DNA of 56,970 bases, filler included, from Bipalium vagum (lineage: Eukaryota): NCBI GenBank assembly GCA_037834085.1. It is 3 parts of 3 records of this genome, joined end to end, with 100 filler letters (N's around TTAATTAATTAA, not from the genome) between each part and the next. Parts side by side here need not be neighbours in the genome. Positions count along the whole stretch, not along the records: positions 32,382 to 56,970 come from JBBMKC010199609.1; 2 more parts are not named here. One strand, written 5' to 3'. Below, one piece after another: positions 52,301 through 56,970 of the stretch. Below the pieces are notes generated by a model. It saw only the letters and a list, made by a program, of their open reading frames with translations, ran no database searches and was not told the origin of the DNA. The stretch's first letter is position 1. Each line of letters opens with the position of its first letter. The position numbers were made by a program, and so were the translations under genes.

Positions 52301-55147
52301 AGTATCAGAGACAGCTTATAAACTGAAATAAACATTGGGCTCGAATATACATAACATACTTCAACTAGGGTTCACAAGCTTTAGAAGTGAAAAAGAAAAC
52401 CTTAATGATGTCCATGATAATCGACCATCAGACCTTGATAAATCAGAGGGAACAATCGAACTTGAAGAAATATTCTCCGTCATGACAAGCCATCGATTTC
52501 CCACTACTGAAAATGAAGAATTAATGACAAAAAACTTATAATTACCTGACTTATCACCTCCTGACCTCCTTTTGCTCTACCATCAAAAGGAAATGGCATT
52601 GTGAACACTTTTCGTCGTCTGGAATAGCTATTGTAAAATCCAAGGTATTGGCATCTTAAGTGCCAACCTCACAATGGAAAAAATGAATCGGAGATTGGTT
52701 TGATCTCATGCAAAAGTCTATTGACTTTAAACGGGAGTATTTAGAAAGAACATCATGTATTTTTGGCTTGGTTTGTTTCTTTCAAGCACTGGGTTTACGT
52801 ACGTATCTACTGATTATTTTTTATGTAAAAAGGGTTTATTTCTCATGTTTTAAATCGAGTTGACTGATTTGATGACATTTTTCGAGCACTTCAAAATTTT
52901 TTTATATTGCAGATTAACATTTCCAACGTCCTTCTATATCCCATAGCTTTATTAATACTATCAAAGCTATTACTACTCTCATTCTCTCTATTAAAAAAAG
53001 ATAATGAAGTTTTGCTAACTTCTGGTATACATTTAAACTTCTTGTTTATCTGAATCGATTTTCTAACAACGTATGAGTGGAGTAGTTCTGTGATTCCATT
53101 ACATTTTAGAGAGGTAATTATGTACAAGTAGTCTTCAAGGTCCTACTTTGGAGTTTTATGTCCAAGACTTGGATTTTTCTTTTATGTTTTGTTTTTCATA
53201 TCCATTGGAAATTTTTCAAAGGTTTTCTTTCCAGATTATTGATAAAACATTTTTATAGGTGATATATTCCCCACAAAATTTATCAGGTTTGATGAACCAA
53301 CAAAGTCTTTCTTTTCCCTCTGAAGTGGTTCCCATAGAACTAGTCATTATCTGTAATCAGATGGCAGAGGACATTGAGAACTCAGAGAACTTTTTGGCCT
53401 TGTACAGGTATTTTTTATTTACTTTTCTTATTTATAAACGGAAACGTATCATACACAAGAAGAACTATACTTTGAGACTTTTCCAAAACAAATTCTTTAC
53501 TGATACTTTATGAACTTTGTATGTAGAACCTCCCTAGAACCGAAAACCGTTAAGAAGGTGTCAGTAGCTTTAGAAAAATGGTTCAATCTTGCCTGTCAAA
53601 AGGGTGCTCACTTAGTTGACTGGAAAAGTGTACCCAGTCTAAAATCAATGGCTCTACAAGTCTTGATATATTGGTTTGAAAGTCTTTCACAGCCCGTGAT
53701 ATCACAACAGATGGCTTTCCTGTCTAACTTTTCAATTCGTAATTTGGCGAAAATCAACAAAAAGGTTCTCCTTTATATGGTACGCTTTTTGCAGGTAACT
53801 TTTAATATTTCGTCTTTTTTAAGAGTATGTTTTTTATGATTTGATTTCCTTAATTTTTATTATTTCAAAATAATTATAACAAAAAAATTATAAGAATAAT
53901 AATGTGATAATAATAATAATAATAAATAATAATAATAGTAATAGTAATAAATAATAATAATAATAAATGAAAGTAAATTAAATTAAAATGTATTAATTAA
54001 GAATAAATGTAATTAATTAAGTCTAATAAGAAAAGGCAAGTCTTTGTTTGTCTAAAAAGATTATTATATCTTTAATGTTTTATTAAATTAATAATAAATA
54101 AAGATTCCAGTAAAAACAACTTTTTGGATTGAAATTATTTTACCATTTATATCACGATTTATTAAATGTTGAAACAATAAAACCAATAAACCTTAATGAG
54201 TATAGTATTAGGTTGGTAAGAAGATATTTGCTTTTTTAACAGACAAATGTATTATTTAAAATCCCATAAGACAAAAAAGTGTTTTACTCAAAATTTATGG
54301 CACCTATTCACCGAGCTTCGACTTTTCCCATATTTCTGGACGTAGTTGAAATTTGTTGGGTGACTGTTAAGCTTTTGACAGGCTTCCGAGCGTTGTAAAT
54401 AGATCAGCCTCAACCAATATTTGTAATTCATTATTGTCAATTTTCAAGAGACGTCCACGACCTGCATTATATACTAGGCTCTCATCTTCATAACTAAATG
54501 TTTTGAACAAGTTTTAGACTTTGAGCTTTTTGTTGTACCCATACCGATTGCTTCATTGATTTTACGATTGGTCTCCTGATCAATAATGCCAAATATGAAC
54601 TCGTACAGTGCAATTGCTTGTAATTGGCATTTTTCTAACATGACTTATACAAATAATATAAATTAACAATTAAAAATAATAGCAAAGCAAAACCTATGGA
54701 AATGTAAAACAATTTTTGCGCTTTCAAATATTACCTAAATTAATGCGTTTAAACAAAAGCATTGTCATGTTTAAATATATAAAAAATGCAATTATTTTCT
54801 GATCAGTCTAATATAATAATAATAATTAATAATATTATTTTTTGTATGATAAGTCCTTTCGAGAATAACTTTTTTCTCGATTCGATCAGTCCATCATAAC
54901 ATTTTTTTATTCACCAAATAATCTTTGTATAATAGTAATGATTTTCTTCCTATTATATTTTTTAAACGAGATTTTTTTTCTTTAGAAAAACGTCATTGAT
55001 AAATCAAAGGACAACTTAAAAAACACTGCCAGTTTTTTGTGCTCGTTGATATTTCAGTTGCCAAAAGATAAATTCTATCCCTTGGACAATCCGAAGGATT
55101 CTGTGTATATGAATATCATTTTGCCTGTATTTCAGAAATATTTATAG
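35732..55147 (+). CDS. ARHGAP39: MyTH4 + RhoGAP domain protein, ARHGAP39/Vilse-like (spliced; 507 aa if started at ATG 35732)
   Basis: Manual splicing join(35732..35777,37762..37860,40845..40907,40966..41174,41234..41306,45091..45238,45289..45595,53259..53407,53527..53794,54986..55147) = 1524 nt. All introns are GT-AG, phases are consistent and there is no internal stop. MyTH4 motifs: WTRRSLKQPIL, FKIIQKYMGD, LRDEILIQICRQTINNP, RGWELL..CL..FSPS..LMPYL. These are followed directly by RhoGAP motifs (LYR, YWFESLSQPVI, INKKVLLYMVRFLQ), the ARHGAP39 domain order. The first exon is the least certain. Confidence 0.85.
37762..37860 (+). CDS. ARHGAP39: ARHGAP39-like exon (SGSSIYDYPPWENKAFDGVNNRRNSCRTSQSI)
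   Basis: tttttccag acceptor, gtaagt donor, 99 nt, only one open frame, phase 1-1. Confidence 0.7.
39376..40442 (-). mobile_element. decayed mariner with paired TIRs
   Basis: tattaaatcattgcaaagttctgacccgattt versus the reverse complement of aaatcggaccagagcctttgtaattacctaata; PPY..DI motif on -. Confidence 0.75.
40845..40907 (+). CDS. ARHGAP39: ARHGAP39-like exon (RVRKKPSKLNLQAIGCSNFTK)
   Basis: tttttcttag acceptor, gtaata donor, 63 nt, phase 1-1. Confidence 0.7.
40966..41174 (+). CDS. ARHGAP39: ARHGAP39-like exon (AVDENNQ...SKNIYWTR), leads into MyTH4
   Basis: Within ORF 40950..41198; cag acceptor, gtttgt donor, 59-nt downstream intron. Confidence 0.8.
41234..41306 (+). CDS. ARHGAP39: ARHGAP39-like exon, MyTH4 start (RSLKQPILNYVKKNLGKNAVKAFK)
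   Basis: tttcag acceptor, gtaact donor; matches the MyTH4 N-terminal KQPLL...A..FK pattern. Confidence 0.85.
41900..42210 (-). mobile_element. pogo/Tigger-like terminus
   Basis: tacagtcgg terminus on - with subterminal inverted gggcacctc motifs. Confidence 0.35.
43350..43403. repeat. (AAT)n microsatellite
   Basis: Direct inspection. Confidence 0.9.
43582..44836 (+). mobile_element. ITmD37E (DD37E) transposon relic with both TIRs
   Basis: CIVMDDETYVKLNF..L.G, EKFSPKILV...ICQCG, ECMKKRL, LFWP, ATSHYSK, FVPKESNQPN..ELLPI; TIRs ctgaggctgaaccgaaaactatt / aatactttgcggttcagtcctca. Confidence 0.85.
45091..45238 (+). CDS. ARHGAP39: ARHGAP39-like exon, MyTH4 core (IIQKYMGD...LRDEILIQICRQTINNPD)
   Basis: Canonical MyTH4 YMGD and LRDEI..Q..RQT..NP motifs; ORF 45105. 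Confidence 0.92.
45289..45595 (+). CDS. ARHGAP39: ARHGAP39-like exon, MyTH4 C-terminal part (RSSCRGWELLSECLLQFSPS...ILHKL)
   Basis: Follows a 50-nt GT-AG intron; GWELL..C...FSPS motif; gtaagg donor. Confidence 0.9.
47064..48137 (+). mobile_element. near full-length decayed Mos1-like mariner
   Basis: GQPKKFENCELQ, DEK*IYFHNPKR, YDNAR, YTPD..TGFHLFKSM; many stops. Confidence 0.85.
49817..50990 (-). mobile_element. Hsmar1/cecropia-like mariner relic with both TIRs
   Basis: TIRs ttaggttggtacaaaaacca / atttttgcaccaatctaa; KKVMVIVWWS..HSFL..GETI..LVNRRGPILLHDNA. Confidence 0.92.
50993..52074 (+). mobile_element. rosa (DD41D) transposon relic with both TIRs
   Basis: TIR taaagggtcatccaac at both ends; FSDEA, KQNFRIW, IGPHFFE, WFPRSCDLIPLDF; I count 41 residues between the second and third catalytic D. 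Confidence 0.92.
52330..52760 (+). mobile_element. heavily decayed mariner fragment
   Basis: FRSEKENLND...RPS and PDLSPPD remnants. Confidence 0.45.
53259..53407 (+). CDS. ARHGAP39: ARHGAP39-like exon, RhoGAP start (VIYSPQNLSGLMNQQ...VP...FLALYR)
   Basis: ttttatag acceptor, gtattt donor; L..LM..Q...FP...VP pattern ending in the arginine-finger position. Confidence 0.85.
53527..53794 (+). CDS. ARHGAP39: ARHGAP39-like exon, RhoGAP core
   Basis: ORF 53510. YWFESLSQPVI and INKKVLLYMVRFLQ resemble ARHGAP39 LWYREL.EPLI and INR.VL.YLIRFLQ. gtaact donor. Confidence 0.88.
54206..54813 (-). mobile_element. internally deleted mariner in the last RhoGAP intron
   Basis: TIRs tattaggttggtaag / ctgatcagtctaata; MLEKCQLQAIALYEF..GRGRL on -. 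Confidence 0.8.
54986..55147 (+). CDS. ARHGAP39: ARHGAP39-like terminal exon (KNVIDKSKDNLKNTASFLCSLIF...FQKYL*)
   Basis: Polypyrimidine + tttag acceptor, phase 0, 53 codons to TAG, AATAAA at 55176. Confidence 0.75.
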   Translation, partial: KNVIDKSKDNLKNTASFLCSLIFQLPKDKFYPLDNPKDSVYMNIILPVFQKYL

Positions 55148-55175
55148 ATATATACAAATGTACGTATTTATGATA

Positions 55176-55181
55176 AATAAA
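55176..55181 (+). terminator. candidate polyadenylation signal AATAAA
   Basis: About 30 nt after the stop. Weak evidence because the background is very AT-rich. Confidence 0.35.
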
Positions 55182-56329
55182 GATGAAATATTTTTTCACT
55201 CCCTTTACGTCTGATTACCATTTGATGATGATTAAAAATATAATGGAAAATGTTTTAGTTTTATTTATTTATCATTTGGGGCAAGCAAATTTCCTTTTTA
55301 TATACTTAACAGAAAAATTAAATTATTTTTTCCGTTTTTTCATCATAATTTAAAAATTATTTCTGTTTAAAATTATTATTATTATTAATTATATTATATA
55401 ATTAATAATAATAATATCAATAAATTATTATTATTATTATGTAGTGGATAATATTTTAAAGAAATTTGGAAATTCTCTATGCTTTTTGAAAATCCATTTT
55501 AATAAGGAAATACTTTTTTAAACAAAATTAGAAATTATCTATATTATTATGTACAATTTCATTGGTTGCCTTTTCACTTTAGTTAAATAATTGAAACGAA
55601 TAAATGAGAAAGAATTTTAACTAAGTTAGTTATATAAAACCTGTGGATTTTGAATTTGTGTACTTTTTATTGTCTACAACTGTTTTATTGTGTTGACGAG
55701 AAAGTAATGACTGAGTTTATCTTAATATCTTTTTCCGTGACTGTACAGTTCTTCTTGTGTATGATACGTTTCCCTTTTATGGAATTCTGTTCCTGGATTA
55801 TCTGATAAAATCTATCCCTATTGGATTACTCTGACAAACATTTTGTCAACACTCATTCCACTTATCTTTTACAGTGTAGAGTTTAGACTTAATTTCTACT
55901 TTCTGCAGAATTTCGGTCCAATCATCTTTTTCTCTTTCGCCAAGATAAACTTAATCAAATAATGCTTGTTTTCTAAATTGTTTATTTTATCATTATCATT
56001 TTAATGGTAAGGATTTGAAAAAAAATTCGGTTTTCAGTTTCTTGGTCAATCTTTTATTTACCAGACACAACGGTGTTCATTGGTGCTTAGAAAATGGACA
56101 AAGTCAAGCATGGACTACTTAGATTTTTCTTTTTGACTTCAGTTCTTTTCAGTCCATTTTGATATACTTGAGCATTCTAAGAGACGTAAGCATCATAATT
56201 GGCATGCAATCAGTCATCCCCGAGCTGAATTACTCTTAATCATTGTGACCGGATTATTTTCAGAGTAGTTCTTACTTGTTGTTATACCTATGAAGCTAGA
56301 AGCATACAATTAAAAAACATTAAAAACCT

Positions 56330-56830
56330 TATCAATATACTTTTTCATAATATTGTATAACCCAATGAAGCGATTATCCAAATCACTGGAAATTCCATTG
56401 AAGGCTATTGTTAAATTTTTATCAATTCATTGTTTGTCCAGGTTATTGGTGTTAGAGAGTGATACTCTGACTTTAAAGAACTGAAAATTTGATTTAGCTG
56501 AGGAGAATAAGAAGGAAAGTCATTCAATATTTTATTCCTTTAGATAATTTAAAGAAAATTCTGATTTCTGTATTCTTGTATTATTCATAATTCCATTTTA
56601 ACAACAAATTTTAACTCAACAAATATTTGAACTTATAGCACCTTCAACAATTTTAAAATGTAATAGACGACAAAAATAGGAAATATCAAGAGTAAAAGGA
56701 TAATATTCTGATTTCTTTGCCGGTATTGCAACATTTACCGTTGAATTCACTGGCGCATATCCATAATTTTATACAATGAAAATTTTAATCCATGATAATG
56801 TAAAATTGACTTTATAAAATTGATTTAAGT
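56330..56830 (-). mobile_element. IS630/Tc1-like DDE transposase relic
   Basis: PSYSPQLNQIFSSLKSEY resembles LPPYSPQLNPIExxFSxLK. Confidence 0.55.
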
Positions 56831-56859
56831 GATAAATTATGTATTTTTTAATTTTTTCT

Positions 56860-56970
56860 TTAAAGAATGCAACGAGAAGAAAGAAAAAGAGACAAATGAA
56901 TATAAGAAAATCATTAAAATTCCCTATTCAGAAGGATTCAAGATTTTTAAAAGTAAAATATTACAGACAA
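56860..56970 (+). mobile_element. possible Penelope-like fragment (runs off the window)
   Basis: KKIIKIPYSEGF resembles the IPYxxG motif that precedes the GIY-YIG domain. Confidence 0.3.

Larger units (their letters stand above)
53440..55773. repeat. dispersed perfect 27-bp inverted repeat (53440-53466 / 55747-55773)
   Basis: ggaaacgtatcatacacaagaagaact and its exact reverse complement agttcttcttgtgtatgatacgtttcc. Confidence 0.9.

Noticed and set aside
1-56970. CRISPR arrays, tRNA/rRNA, prokaryote-type operons
   Set aside because: No regularly spaced repeats or RNA-gene signatures seen; the sequence is intron-containing eukaryotic DNA.

Overview
Very AT-rich eukaryotic genomic DNA, probably from an invertebrate. 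The (AAT)n microsatellites, ~45-60 nt GT-AG introns and dense mariner relics would fit a planarian-like genome, but host identity is inference only. Most ORFs in the track are noise or transposase debris. The main real gene is a + strand, multi-exon MyTH4 + RhoGAP gene (ARHGAP39/Vilse-like). I spliced it by hand, phase-consistent, from 37762 (possibly ATG 35732) to TAG 55147. Five upstream Ser/Pro-rich exons (21118-26456) may be its long N-terminus or a separate gene. Its GAP domain keeps the arginine finger but has lost other conserved residues. The rest is decayed transposons: mariner DD34D, maT-like, ITmD37E, rosa DD41D, Tc3-like, pogo, Merlin, IS630-like, MULE-like and Penelope-like. There is also a decayed Ser/Thr kinase pseudogene (-), an unexplained perfect 27-bp inverted repeat bracketing the last two RhoGAP exons, and two artificial 100-nt assembly spacers. 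I cannot support a CRISPR array, an RNA gene or a clearly novel multi-gene system.
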